A stretch of DNA of 64,000 nucleotides, taken from NCBI GenBank assembly GCA_045106435.1, contig JBGCEN010000317.1, positions 776 to 64,775 of the forward strand, read 5' to 3'. How positions within the stretch are numbered: the stretch's first letter is position 1; each line of letters starts with the position of its first letter. Shown here piece by piece: positions 1-10,450 of this stretch. Both the position numbers and the translations under genes were made by a program. The DNA comes from Rhodothermales bacterium. GTDB lineage: Bacteria; Bacteroidota; Rhodothermia; Rhodothermales; JAHQVL01. The notes beneath the pieces were generated by a model. The model made no database searches, had not been told where the DNA came from, and saw only the letters and a list, made by a program, of their open reading frames with translations.

Positions 1-711
1 ACACCGCCACCATTGGCCGGCCAGAAAACGAGTTGGAGACAGATCATGGGTATCGATGCTTTAAAAGCATTGAGAACGAGATCATTTATGATTTTCCTTC
101 TTGCAGCTACGCTGATCTTCATCGCCTTTGGGACGTACTTTCCCTATGCGCCGGTTTACCTGGGAGATGTAAATGTCCAGGTAGGTATTGATCATTTTCA
201 AAACCCAAGCTGGGAAATGTCGCTGGGACAGTTTTCCGAAATCTTTTTCATGCTACTCATTCCCTTCTTTTTCGCACGATTGGGTGTGAAATGGATGTTA
301 TTACTTGGAATGCTCGCGTGGATTGCTCGTTTTACGCTGTTTTCTGCTGCCGCGTTAAGTGGTACGTTTTGGATGATTATGCTGGGGATAGCCATTCATG
401 GTATCTGTTACGATTTCTTCTTTGTAACAGGGCAGATCTACATTGACAAGAAAACATCCACGGCCATTAGAGGGCAAGTACAAGGACTGCTTGTATTGCT
501 TACGCAGGGCGTCGGATTCTTTCTTGGCACGCAGCTCTCTGGTGCTTTTGTAAATTCCTATGGCGTAAATGGAACGCTGACCATGGAGGACTGGCAATTG
601 TTCTGGGGCATTTTTGCCGTTGCTACGCTGGTGTTCACACTCATCTTCTTCTTCTTGTTTACAGATGAGACAGCGGACGAAACAGTAGATGCTGAAGCAC
701 AAGCTGCTTAG
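1..711 (+). CDS. Nucleoside:H+ symporter (NupG/XapB-type MFS transporter), C-terminal half. The 5' end lies outside the window.
   Basis: The frame is open from base 1. It is a multi-TM hydrophobic protein closely resembling the C-terminal half of E. coli NupG (FSEIFFMLLIPFFFARLGVKWM, YDFFFVTGQIYIDKKTSTAIRGQVQG, DWQLFWGIFA). Confidence 0.8.
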   Translation, partial: TPPPLAGQKTSWRQIMGIDALKALRTRSFMIFLLAATLIFIAFGTYFPYAPVYLGDVNVQVGIDHFQNPSWEMSLGQFSEIFFMLLIPFFFARLGVKWMLLLGMLAWIARFTLFSAAALSGTFWMIMLGIAIHGICYDFFFVTGQIYIDKKTSTAIRGQVQGLLVLLTQGVGFFLGTQLSGAFVNSYGVNGTLTMEDWQLFWGIFAVATLVFTLIFFFLFTDETADETVDAEAQAA

Positions 712-793
712 TTCACGTTGAACTTTAAAAATTGCTGATTGTAGGGTGGGTAAGACTGAGTTCTTGCCCACCCTTACTTTTTTACTCGAATTT

Positions 794-1681
794 ATGCGAT
801 TAAATCTAGTTTACATGTGCCTGGTCTTGCTTTTGGCAAGCTGCCAAGAAGTTGATACACCTCAAGCGGCAACGGCAGAAGCGCCTGCAGGCCTTGTGCA
901 AGAAACGCAGAACCGGCTTGAAGCCACGGCTGGAGGCCGTTTGGTCTTGCGTGCAATTGATGCGCATGGTGGACTGGCAGCGTGGTACAATGCGCCCACC
1001 AGTTCGTACACGTGGGAGTATTCGAATGCCGGCGCGAACATCAGGTTTAAATCGCTGCTTGTTGCAGACAATCGTACGCGGCAGGTTTACCATCAATTAC
1101 TGGAGATGGGTACACCGGATGCCCCGAAAGAAGTAAGTGGACGATTTACATGGGATGGAACGGATGCATGGATCAGTCCTGATACGCTGAAACAACCGAA
1201 TCCTAGATTTTGGGCAACAACAGGATACTACTTCGAGTCAATTCCCTTTATTTTGGCCGATCCTGGTCTTATTTACGACGTGATTCCTGAGGAGGACCTC
1301 GATGGAAAATTGTATGATATGGTGAAAGTATCTTACAGCGAAGGTATCGGGGATTCACCCAATGATCATTACATCCTCTTTATCAATAAAGAAACGTCGA
1401 TGGTTGATGCCATTCGGTATACAGTCACTTTTGGGCGAGGAGCGGCTGAATCGGGCGCGCCGCTTCGTGAAACGCTGTTTTATTATGAGGATTATACCGA
1501 AGTAGACGGACTGAAAGTAGCCAGGCGATTTAGAGGATTTAACGTATTGGATGGCGTTGTGACTGACTTTAAGAACGAAGCCTGGGCTGACTCCTTCTCA
1601 TTCAGAGAACCTTTTGATGCCAGTCAGTTGGTCATGCCGGCAAATGGACGAGTCCAGCCTCTGCCAACGCGAGCAGATTGA
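794..1681 (+). CDS. Hypothetical secreted lipoprotein
   Basis: ORF 746..1681. The internal ATG at 794 gives a lipoprotein signal (MRLNLVYMCLVLLLASC). I recognise no family. Confidence 0.5.
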   Translation: MRLNLVYMCLVLLLASCQEVDTPQAATAEAPAGLVQETQNRLEATAGGRLVLRAIDAHGGLAAWYNAPTSSYTWEYSNAGANIRFKSLLVADNRTRQVYHQLLEMGTPDAPKEVSGRFTWDGTDAWISPDTLKQPNPRFWATTGYYFESIPFILADPGLIYDVIPEEDLDGKLYDMVKVSYSEGIGDSPNDHYILFINKETSMVDAIRYTVTFGRGAAESGAPLRETLFYYEDYTEVDGLKVARRFRGFNVLDGVVTDFKNEAWADSFSFREPFDASQLVMPANGRVQPLPTRAD

Positions 1682-1728
1682 ATTTGGTGAATGATTAACT
1701 CAAGCTGTTTTTGATAACAGGGTGCTAT

Positions 1729-2133
1729 TTACAGACCACTTACGAGCGGTTCTTTGTCTCCGTTTACATAACGAACCACATCGCTTGTATCAATAACCAG
1801 CGAGATCCCATTACAAAGGATTACTGCAAAAATCCAGAGATTGAATGGTGCAAGCAGGTCATTTGAGTTGATCTGGAAGAGAAGATAAATGACAAGTGGA
1901 ATCCAGAGTATGTGTCCGAGGCCGAGTATGCGCGTGAATCCGTAAAAATGCGTGAGCAAGATCATCAGTATAAATCCGATCATAAAGACGATGATCGTCG
2001 CAATGGCTTCAATTCTTGGGAGGAAGTAGAGCGGGATAAATGCATTTAACGTTACAAGCAAGGCGAGCCACGTCCAAACGAGCGGACCCATTTTGTAAAG
2101 TCCCGTGTGGAATAGTATAGCAGAGCGAATCAT
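1729..2133 (-). CDS. Small integral membrane protein (about 4 TM), unknown function
   Basis: 134-aa ORF with four hydrophobic helices. It does not overlap neighbouring genes. Confidence 0.5.
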   Translation of the reverse strand: MIRSAILFHTGLYKMGPLVWTWLALLVTLNAFIPLYFLPRIEAIATIIVFMIGFILMILLTHFYGFTRILGLGHILWIPLVIYLLFQINSNDLLAPFNLWIFAVILCNGISLVIDTSDVVRYVNGDKEPLVSGL

Positions 2134-2331
2134 TGCCTATGGTTGATGGAAATCCTAATACCTGGATTTTAAACGAAAGGGTATACTGCAGCTGACCAGT
2201 GCGCAACGCATGGCACAATCTAGCTGACAATGATCTGTATACGCAAACGATTGTCGTGTGCAACGAATAAGGGTAGAACTGTATCTCATTCAATCGCTTC
2301 TAATTTAGCGAACCCTTTCAATCGATCACTT

Positions 2332-2607
2332 ATGGAAAACGAAGAGTCTTTAAAGGTACTTCAGGAAATTCGCGATCTGCAACAGAAGCAAGTTGAAACG
2401 CAGAATGAAATGTTAGCTTCGCAGAAAGAATATATGGCGTTGTACCGATCCCATATAGAACGCGTTGAGAAAATCAATAATCAGGCGGAGCGCATCCAGC
2501 ACAAAAGTGAGTCCATCATGGGCGCGGCAAAGAAAGCTACTTTCGTCATTATTCTGATTGTAGTAGCTCTTCTCGTCTATTTAAGCTGGATATTGTTTTC
2601 CCTGTAG
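2332..2607 (+). CDS. Small coiled-coil protein with a C-terminal TM anchor, unknown function
   Basis: ORF 2230..2607. The likely start is the ATG at 2332 (MENEESLKVLQEIRDLQQKQ...). The protein has a heptad-like charged region followed by FVIILIVVALLVYLSWILFSL. Confidence 0.4.
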   Translation: MENEESLKVLQEIRDLQQKQVETQNEMLASQKEYMALYRSHIERVEKINNQAERIQHKSESIMGAAKKATFVIILIVVALLVYLSWILFSL

Positions 2608-2640
2608 AAAAGCATACATTTTTTAGCTAGTTTTTAGGGC

Positions 2641-3141
2641 GTGTATTACAAAAAACAGAGCTGTCAATTTTCTGATCTCGATATGTTTTTAAGAAACGTC
2701 GGTGATACCATAAAAGGAAAAGAGATTTCTCTGGTGGTAGAGGTGTTGGCGCCGGCTGATGTTTATAGAGATTATGTACCATCGTACGTGTTTGGCATTT
2801 TAAGCAATGCCACGAAAGAAAGGGTAGGGCGCATTTCCCTGAGGATTGGCAGCAATGAGTTGATTGATCGATATGCCGGCAACATTGGCTACACAATCAC
2901 CAAGAAGCATCGCGGGAACGGATTTGCTGAAAAGGCCTGCCGCCTACTGGCAACACTGGCAATAGAGCACGATTTTGAACAACTCTATATTACCTGCAGC
3001 CCCGACAATGGGCCATCGAGACGTACCATCGAGAAGCTTGGTAGCACGTTGTTGGGAGTAGAAAATGTGCCAAGAAATACAGAGATGTACGAACGAGGCG
3101 AACGTATAAAGCTACGCTTTCTATGGAAGCCAGAAGAATAA
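2641..3141 (+). CDS. GNAT-family N-acetyltransferase
   Basis: Acetyl-CoA binding motif region (TKKHRGNGFAEKACRLLATLA) and typical GNAT length. The start is GTG at 2641 or ATG at 2683. Confidence 0.7.
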   Translation: MYYKKQSCQFSDLDMFLRNVGDTIKGKEISLVVEVLAPADVYRDYVPSYVFGILSNATKERVGRISLRIGSNELIDRYAGNIGYTITKKHRGNGFAEKACRLLATLAIEHDFEQLYITCSPDNGPSRRTIEKLGSTLLGVENVPRNTEMYERGERIKLRFLWKPEE

Positions 3142-3239
3142 AGCTTAAAAACGCCCGAAACTACCGCAACTCAATTCCCCGCAAAGAATAACCCAGAACC
3201 CTAAACACGAAACAAGTCACAGATAATCTGTGACCCCAC

Positions 3240-3773
3240 CTAACTCTCCGTACCTTCAGCCAGGAAGGGATATAACTCGTACACATCAATGCTTTGCCAC
3301 GGCAACCCATCTATAAAGATTGGCACTTCGTAAAGCTCTGCGCAGTAAATGATACGGTGGCTCAATTTGGGGAAATCTGTAAACAGATGGGGAATCTGGA
3401 AAGAGCAGAAACTGGGACCCAAAAGCATCAAACAGTCTTTTGAAATTTCAACACGTTGTACTTTCGTCCAATCGAGTGTAATCTTTTTTCTTGTATAATC
3501 GTAGGCTTCCACACGTCGGTCGGAGATCTTCACACACCATACCACACGACGCAGCATTCGGAGCCGCCAGGTAATCCACCAGAATGCGCCAAACCAAGTA
3601 AGGAGCACGCACACAATAATTAAGAGGAAATAGGGTTTATAGTTAAAACCCACAATAATACCGGCAGTCGTCACCACAAAGGCAGCCACCAGCATACGAA
3701 TTAGTCTCGTCGCTTGCTTTCGCGTTAAGAGTTGTACGCGATCGTTATCAAAAACTTCGTACCAGTGAGACAT
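3240..3773 (-). CDS. Hypothetical membrane protein (2 TM plus a cytoplasmic PH-like domain?)
   Basis: 177-aa ORF with two adjacent TM helices after a short N-terminus. I recognise no catalytic motif. Confidence 0.45.
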   Translation of the reverse strand: MSHWYEVFDNDRVQLLTRKQATRLIRMLVAAFVVTTAGIIVGFNYKPYFLLIIVCVLLTWFGAFWWITWRLRMLRRVVWCVKISDRRVEAYDYTRKKITLDWTKVQRVEISKDCLMLLGPSFCSFQIPHLFTDFPKLSHRIIYCAELYEVPIFIDGLPWQSIDVYELYPFLAEGTES

Positions 3774-3984
3774 CTAGGTTTGGAAATGATTATGTACTCG
3801 AATAGAAAATTATCGGATAAAATTAAAAGGGAACAGCTATGGATAGGGGACTAGCTACTGTACCGGGTTTTATCCGTCGTCTGAAAAGAATCTGTGCCTC
3901 AAAACCCGTTCCGGTCAGTTAGAACACTATACGGGACGCTGCTTCGTCGACTGCCAATTTAACACAACAAAAAATCACGGGATA

Positions 3985-6513
3985 GTGCAGAAAAAAATTC
4001 CCCTTCACAACTCATCTTTCTTGGAACCCGCTATTTTGTTAAGCCCTATCAGGTGCTTAATGTTTCTTGCTTTTTGCTTTTTTATATCAGGTTTTTCCTC
4101 CACTCAAATTGTTGAAGCACAGCACCTGGTGAATGGGATCGTTTCTGACGCAGAAACGGGAGAGTCTTTGCCTTCAGCCAACGTGCAAATTGACGGGACC
4201 TATCAGGGTACCATCACAAATGTTGATGGCCAATTCAGCTTACAATTACCCTCGCTGCCGGCTGTCCTTGTGTTTAGATACATTGGATACGAAAGCCAGT
4301 ATATAGATGTTACTGGCGATGCAAATGAAAACATAAACGTAGCGCTGCAACCGACGGTTTATAGCCTGGGAGAAGTGGTCATAACCGAAAAAGACCCGGC
4401 CGTTGATATTATGCGCAAAGTGATTGAGCGCAAAAAAATATGGCGGGAAGAACTGGCATCGTATTCCGCTGAAGCCTACAACAGGTTTACGCTTAAAAAC
4501 GATACGGGCATCGTTTCGATTATTGAGTCATTTACCGACACCTACTGGGATCCTGTTGAGGGTACAAGAGAGGTTATAAAAGCGCGCCGGCAAACGTCAA
4601 ATCTCGATATCAGCGATGTGCTGCCTGCGGCGCAGTTTGTTGCAAATCTCTATGATGACAATATTGATATCGCCGGCTATAATTTTCTGGGCGTTACACA
4701 TCCGAAAGCACTCGATCACTATATCTTTGAGCTGTTAGGATACAGAAGGCTGGACGATCAGGTGGTGTTTGATATTTCTGTCCGACCGAAGAATAAGTTA
4801 AAGACCGGCTTTGTCGGGAAGATTGCTGTCCTTGATGATGAATATGCCTTGCTGGAAGTCGAACTGCATCCGGGAGAAGCATTTCTCTTTCCACCGCCGA
4901 TAGAAGCGTTTGATGTTACATACGAACAACAGTTCTCAAATTTTGGTGCCGCCGCCTGGTTGCCGGTTGACTTTCGAAGCAGCATGTCTGTGGACATAGG
5001 ATTTAACAGATTGTTGTCTTTCCCCACTTTCTTTATCGAACAGGTATCGAGGATATCTAATTATGATGTCAACATTACCGTGCCAGACACCCTTTTTGCC
5101 AAGGGCAAGGCAGTTGTTGTAGACTCGGTTTCTGTTGCTGAAGATACGCTGCTTGATGTAGAAGGCATTGCCGTTCCATTAGACAAGGCAGAGGCCTCGG
5201 CCTATGAAACGATAGACAGCACCATGACCTTGGCAAAGGCTTACGAGCCTTCCGGTCCGCTCGCGAAAGTGATGAAGGTTTCTGCCAGAAATTCGAATAC
5301 TGATGATGAGGTAACGTTGTCTGGTGAAGAGGGAGCGGAAGGCAAAAAACGGTTAAACCTAAACTTGCGACCTCATGTGCGTTTTAACCGGGTAGAGGAG
5401 TTCTATGGTGAATTAGGGATTAGTCGCTCATTAGCCGAGTGGGTGCGATTTTATGGTTCAATAGGCTTCAGTACCGCACTTAAAGGGGAAGAGGCAATAT
5501 CCTATGTTGTTGGTAGTCGTTTTCGCCTGGATAAAAAGAATCGATTATCTCTTGATCTGAACTACGCAAGATATACAGATACTCAAACGGGTAGTACGCC
5601 GGTGCTGCGCACATTCAACGGCATTGTTACGCTTTTTGAAGGGATTGATTACTTTGATTACTACCGGAATTTACGATTTCGTTCGACCTTATCGTTCGAT
5701 GTGCCAAACTCGCAAATTGGCCTAAAAGCCGGCCTGCAGATCGAGTCTCACGGAGATCTTGCTAAGGCAACCGATTATGATATTTTGGGCGGTGATTTTA
5801 TACAGCGTTCGAATCCTGAAACGCGTGCATCAGGCGTACATTCTTTTGTTGCAGAGATCAGCCTGGGCGATAAGGAAGAGACGATGGGGCTTCTGGAACG
5901 TAAATTTTTATCGGTTGGTATTGAACATGGTTTGCCTGGATTGGATAGTGACCATGCATTTACGATTTACAACCTGGAGTTTGAATGGAGATTTAATACC
6001 TTTTTCCAACGCCGGCTTTTGCCCAACGCACTTGATGTGAAGGTCGTAGCGCAGAAAGGGTTTGGGGATGTAACGGTAACTCGTTTTGGAGCTGTAGATG
6101 GCAGGATGTCGTTCTATAATCGATTTGGTACCCTTAAAACATTACAGAGCAAACCCTATCGCGGCGAAGATGTCGTTGGACTTTTTTGGGAGCACAATTT
6201 CAAAACAGTACCCTTTGAAATTTTGGGCATGCGCCGATTTGCAGAGAACGGGTTGAATCTCATTGTATTTGGGGGGCACGCAAGGACCTGGTTATCGGCA
6301 AGTGTTGGGGCAGATCGTAGTGCGTTTGTCTGCTTGACGCTAGGGAGTGAATGTGACGTGGAATTTGTGGGTTTGGTTAATAGTGCACCCAACTGGCACC
6401 AGGAAGTGGGGGTGTCTCTAAGTGGGTTGTTTTCGCTCTTTCGCGTAGATTTTGCCACCCGGCTGGATGCGCCGGGGTTTACGGTGGGCATCGGCTCAGC
6501 AAGAATATTCTAG
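3985..6513 (+). CDS. CarboxypepD_reg-like domain protein with a large C-terminal beta-rich domain (DUF5686-like outer-membrane protein)
   Basis: Signal peptide (MFLAFCFFISGFSSTQIVEA; alternative start ATG at 4060). CarboxypepD_reg motif (VSDAETGESLPSANVQIDGTYQGTITNVDGQFSL..YIGYES). The long C-terminus is rich in aromatic/Gly residues and ends in F. The family name is from memory. Confidence 0.7.
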   Translation: MQKKIPLHNSSFLEPAILLSPIRCLMFLAFCFFISGFSSTQIVEAQHLVNGIVSDAETGESLPSANVQIDGTYQGTITNVDGQFSLQLPSLPAVLVFRYIGYESQYIDVTGDANENINVALQPTVYSLGEVVITEKDPAVDIMRKVIERKKIWREELASYSAEAYNRFTLKNDTGIVSIIESFTDTYWDPVEGTREVIKARRQTSNLDISDVLPAAQFVANLYDDNIDIAGYNFLGVTHPKALDHYIFELLGYRRLDDQVVFDISVRPKNKLKTGFVGKIAVLDDEYALLEVELHPGEAFLFPPPIEAFDVTYEQQFSNFGAAAWLPVDFRSSMSVDIGFNRLLSFPTFFIEQVSRISNYDVNITVPDTLFAKGKAVVVDSVSVAEDTLLDVEGIAVPLDKAEASAYETIDSTMTLAKAYEPSGPLAKVMKVSARNSNTDDEVTLSGEEGAEGKKRLNLNLRPHVRFNRVEEFYGELGISRSLAEWVRFYGSIGFSTALKGEEAISYVVGSRFRLDKKNRLSLDLNYARYTDTQTGSTPVLRTFNGIVTLFEGIDYFDYYRNLRFRSTLSFDVPNSQIGLKAGLQIESHGDLAKATDYDILGGDFIQRSNPETRASGVHSFVAEISLGDKEETMGLLERKFLSVGIEHGLPGLDSDHAFTIYNLEFEWRFNTFFQRRLLPNALDVKVVAQKGFGDVTVTRFGAVDGRMSFYNRFGTLKTLQSKPYRGEDVVGLFWEHNFKTVPFEILGMRRFAENGLNLIVFGGHARTWLSASVGADRSAFVCLTLGSECDVEFVGLVNSAPNWHQEVGVSLSGLFSLFRVDFATRLDAPGFTVGIGSARIF

Positions 6514-6522
6514 AGGAATACA

Positions 6523-8925
6523 TTGACGAGTCGAACGACTTATTTCTTGCTCATCTGTATAATCGGGTTATGCTGCTCAAACACTGTTTGGGCGCAAAAG
6601 GTCATCACCGGAGTCGTGTTGGATGCCGATACGGGTGAAACGCTGCCTTCGGTTACCCTGTTTGATTTTGCCAATACAGAAGGTACCATCACAAATGCTG
6701 CCGGCGAATTTGAGCTTCGTTTGGTTAAGGTGCCGGCGAAAATAGATGTGCGGCACATTGGGTATGAATCCATTCAGATTGAGGTGACAAACGAGACCTC
6801 ATCAAATCTGGAGATCTTACTGGTCCCGGTTACATACACCCTGGAAGAAGTGTTTGTGAGCGATGAGGATCCTGCGTACAATATCATGCGCAAAGTGATC
6901 GAGAAAAAGGCAGCATGGCGACAGCACATGGCTACCTATACTGCGGAGAGCTATTCAAGGTATATGCTGTATAGTGAATTTGATTTGGCTCAGGTACAGG
7001 AGTCAATCGCTATGCACCACTGGAAGAAGGGACAAGGGACACGCAGTTTTGTACGCGCCAAGCGGATGCGCCCGGTGTCGGCAAAACCGATGCGCTTTGC
7101 TTCTACACAAAATATCCCAAACTTCTACGATGACACGATAGAAGTGCTTGGCTTCAGTTTGATTGGTCCCACACACCCCGACGCAGTGAACGTTTATACA
7201 TTTACTTTGGGTGGATACCATACACAAGATGGAAAGAAAGTATACGATATTTACTTTAGCCCGAAGTCGGGATTGAGTACAGCATTCATCGGGCACGTTT
7301 CTGTGCTGGATGAAGACTACGTGCTGCTCAAAGCACAAATGCGGCCGAGTCCGTCCAATGTGCTGCCGGCGCCTGTGCAAGACTGGGATGTGTTTTACGA
7401 ACAGCAATTTGCGCCTTCAGGAGATTCTGTATGGCTACCTGTAGATTTGCAAATTGAAGGGTATGTATCCTTCGGGCGATTGGGAGTAGCGTATCCGACA
7501 GCCAGATATCGACAGGTATCCCGTCTAACGAAGCACGTATTGAATTTACCTGTTCCAGATTCATTGTTTGCTTCTGATAAAAACATCTTTGAAGCGGCCA
7601 ATGCAGATCGACAAGACTATCTGTTTCGATGGAATCCAGGCCTGGTCCCGATGACGCCGAAGGAAATCGCTGAGGTTGTATCTCTTGATCCCCGAATGAC
7701 CATTGGGCGCTCGTTCCGTCCGATAGGTATACTCGCCCAGTACACGGCCATTGATTTAAGCGAGGACGAACCAGCACAGGCGGAGGAGACGCGCGAAAGT
7801 TTGATTGGTGGCATTTTCTCAAGCGCCCGTGTCTTCTACGACAGGGCCGATGGGTTTTATCTAGGTGCTGAGCGATCTTTAAAACTCGCACCTCCTTTGA
7901 CGCTTTCGGCAGAAGCCGGCTATGGTTTATCAAGCGAAATGCCGGCATATGATGTTTCTTTGCGCTATGATTTTGGCCTGCAATCCAACCCGTCCTGGTT
8001 CTTCCATAAAGGCTACATCAAATCCGGAATCCTCGACAAAAGAGATACCCAGTATGCCTCGTCCAGTTATTCCAGGCTGATGGCTTCCTTGACGACATAC
8101 GTTGGCTGGGAAGACTACTTCGACTACTTTGATCGCCAGTCGAGGTTTGGTGAAATTGGATTTCGGTCTGATCGTTTACATACCATGTTGTCTTTGCGAT
8201 ATGCGAGGGAGAGCCATGCATCGATTGGCGCAAATCGGGATCGCAAAGGGTGGTTCTTTGGCAATACACAACGACCAAACCCGGAGATTCAGGATGGAGA
8301 TCTATCTCTCTGGGAAGGACGTGTAGAAATTGGTCAACTTCCAGATCCATCGATGTCCGGTGGAGGAAATGGTTTACGTTTGTCTGTAATCCATAATGCC
8401 GGCGGCCAGGATGATTTTTTAGGCTTTACAAAGTATTCTGCCGAGGCTTCAATAACGTTACCTACCTTTTTTAAGAGACGAACGTGGCCGAATGAATTGC
8501 GGCTGAAGCTCTACGGTGCAACGTACACAGGGAATCTTCCGGTAGAATTCGCGAGCGCTTTGGACGTGAGCCGCCGGCCTATTTCGCCTTTTGGCGGGTT
8601 TAAGACATTGAACGGGTTGCCTATAAAAGGGGAAAACGTGTGGTCCGTTTCCTGGGAGCACGATTTTTCAACGAGCCTTTTTGAATTACTTGGCTTGTGG
8701 GGTGTTGCACAAAATAGCATTGGATTTACTGTGCACGGGGCACATGGGCAAGCGCTTGGCGGTAGTGGGGCGCTTGATCCTTTTTCTCGTTTTTCCTCCG
8801 GCGTTCAAAACGAGCTCGGCTTTTCACTTACGCATTTCTTTAATATGCCCATGCGCATCGATTTCACCAAGAACCTGGACCAAAAGCACATCACTTTTGG
8901 CGTCGGCCTGGTCAAAAAGCTTTAG
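6523..8925 (+). CDS. Second CarboxypepD_reg/DUF5686-like outer-membrane protein, a tandem paralogue of 3985..6513
   Basis: TTG start with a signal peptide (LLICIIGLCCSNTVWA). It is collinear with the upstream gene (VLDADTGETLPS..GTITNAAGEFEL..HIGYES; DPAYNIMRKVIEKKAAWR vs DPAVDIMRKVIERKKIWR). Confidence 0.7.
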   Translation: MTSRTTYFLLICIIGLCCSNTVWAQKVITGVVLDADTGETLPSVTLFDFANTEGTITNAAGEFELRLVKVPAKIDVRHIGYESIQIEVTNETSSNLEILLVPVTYTLEEVFVSDEDPAYNIMRKVIEKKAAWRQHMATYTAESYSRYMLYSEFDLAQVQESIAMHHWKKGQGTRSFVRAKRMRPVSAKPMRFASTQNIPNFYDDTIEVLGFSLIGPTHPDAVNVYTFTLGGYHTQDGKKVYDIYFSPKSGLSTAFIGHVSVLDEDYVLLKAQMRPSPSNVLPAPVQDWDVFYEQQFAPSGDSVWLPVDLQIEGYVSFGRLGVAYPTARYRQVSRLTKHVLNLPVPDSLFASDKNIFEAANADRQDYLFRWNPGLVPMTPKEIAEVVSLDPRMTIGRSFRPIGILAQYTAIDLSEDEPAQAEETRESLIGGIFSSARVFYDRADGFYLGAERSLKLAPPLTLSAEAGYGLSSEMPAYDVSLRYDFGLQSNPSWFFHKGYIKSGILDKRDTQYASSSYSRLMASLTTYVGWEDYFDYFDRQSRFGEIGFRSDRLHTMLSLRYARESHASIGANRDRKGWFFGNTQRPNPEIQDGDLSLWEGRVEIGQLPDPSMSGGGNGLRLSVIHNAGGQDDFLGFTKYSAEASITLPTFFKRRTWPNELRLKLYGATYTGNLPVEFASALDVSRRPISPFGGFKTLNGLPIKGENVWSVSWEHDFSTSLFELLGLWGVAQNSIGFTVHGAHGQALGGSGALDPFSRFSSGVQNELGFSLTHFFNMPMRIDFTKNLDQKHITFGVGLVKKL

Positions 8926-8958
8926 CTGTGTTTAAAAAACAATTGGATAAAGCCGAGC

Positions 8959-9774
8959 TTACCATTTAACGGATATCACAAATCCATTCGGCATCGCAGA
9001 AGAGGAAATATCAAGCCCGGGGTTTACTACTTTCGTGAGATGTCTTCTCGTTAGATACCGGCCTGTGAAAAAACCTAGCGCAGCGCCGGCTATCACGTCA
9101 GTAGGCCAGTGTTTGTCCTGTGCCATACGGGCAATGGCCGTTCCAGTGCTGAGTGCAAACAACCCGTAAGTAATTGGATGCGGATAGTACAAAACCCATG
9201 GTGTGATCAGCGCAAAGGCGGCTGTAGTATGGCCGGAAGGAAAAGACGAGTTCGCTGAGAACGGTTCAAATTTACCTGCTCCAAAGCCATCTTCAGGTCG
9301 AAAGCGGCCAAAGCTGTGTTTGAGTCCATAAGAGAGAATACCCGAATATAACCAGCTTTGTAAGGATGTAAACGCCGCATCCTGCAGCTTTGTGTTTTTG
9401 GTGAACAACGTGGCTATGAAAATACCAGCAACCGGAAGTCTGACTTTTGTACCACCAATTTCATTGGTAATATCGAGATAGTGCCCCCATACACTATTAC
9501 TGGTATAAGATTTTTTAACATCATCCTGGAAGGGTTCATCAATCCGAATCCCTGTAAACAATGTGGCGCCTCCGGCAATGGCAAAAAGAGGGACTTTTGG
9601 TGCGATAGATTCGAGCAGTCCGCCGGCATCCTGGTAGCTCCATTTGAGGAATCGACTTCGCTGTTGAGCAGAACTGTCTAGCAGACTTAAAGACGCCAGG
9701 CATAAGTATATAATAATGGTGAAAACTAGAGAAGGACGTTTCTTCGCCTGCGTGATCTGCATATTAATACACAA
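8959..9774 (-). CDS. PAP2-superfamily phosphatase (membrane/periplasmic)
   Basis: All three PAP2 motifs are present: KHSFGRFRP, PSGHTT and ARMAQDKHWPTDV. It has an N-terminal signal/TM segment. Confidence 0.8.
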   Translation of the reverse strand: MCINMQITQAKKRPSLVFTIIIYLCLASLSLLDSSAQQRSRFLKWSYQDAGGLLESIAPKVPLFAIAGGATLFTGIRIDEPFQDDVKKSYTSNSVWGHYLDITNEIGGTKVRLPVAGIFIATLFTKNTKLQDAAFTSLQSWLYSGILSYGLKHSFGRFRPEDGFGAGKFEPFSANSSFPSGHTTAAFALITPWVLYYPHPITYGLFALSTGTAIARMAQDKHWPTDVIAGAALGFFTGRYLTRRHLTKVVNPGLDISSSAMPNGFVISVKW

Positions 9775-10450
9775 TGTTCATTTAGATTTCCTGTTGCTAA
9801 GATACAATCGGGATGTCGAGTACGTAATGCGTATGGAATTTTTTTTTAAAAACGGTGCTGGTGTCATCGCTGCAAACCGCAGAAGCCACCGTGTTTAACC
9901 AGAATATTGGATGCATCTGGTAGAATAAGTACGCCTGTGAGGCCATCTTCATCCGTGCTCGGTATGCCCCCGCAACAGCAGTGCCAATGATGGGCTTCCG
10001 GCATGAGCCGGCATATATAATTATACGCTGGGAGAATAATAATTTTAAAAGCTTATGCGTTATCTACTCCTCAAGTGTTGCTCGTGAAAATCCACATCGT
10101 ATTGCCCACGATTTCCGGCACGTACGCGAACAACGCACTTGAAGCTTTAGAATAGGGATGGATACAAATTCAAGAATTGATTTACGTGTTACTCCAGAGA
10201 ATTGAGTCATATAAGAAAATCAGACAGTAATTGATGCGGTCTGGTAAATGTGTTTAGCAGATATGCCCCTATGGTGAGATGGATAGCGAATCAGGAGGCC
10301 GCCGGGGATTTACCAATGTCGCTAGGCATGATCCTGGACGACCTCCATATGGTCCAGATTCGCATTCATTACGGGAAGCAAAGTGTACCCGCATACACAT
10401 GAGACATTCTTGCTGCGCTTGATACGTAATCTTTAAGATAAAATTACCAT

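Noticed and set aside
10281-10424. A 47-codon plus-strand ORF (MDSESGGRRGFTNVARHDPGRPPYGPDSHSL...) just upstream of the DUF3307 gene.
   Set aside because: It is low-complexity and Arg/Gly/Pro-rich with no recognisable features. It is most likely chance.
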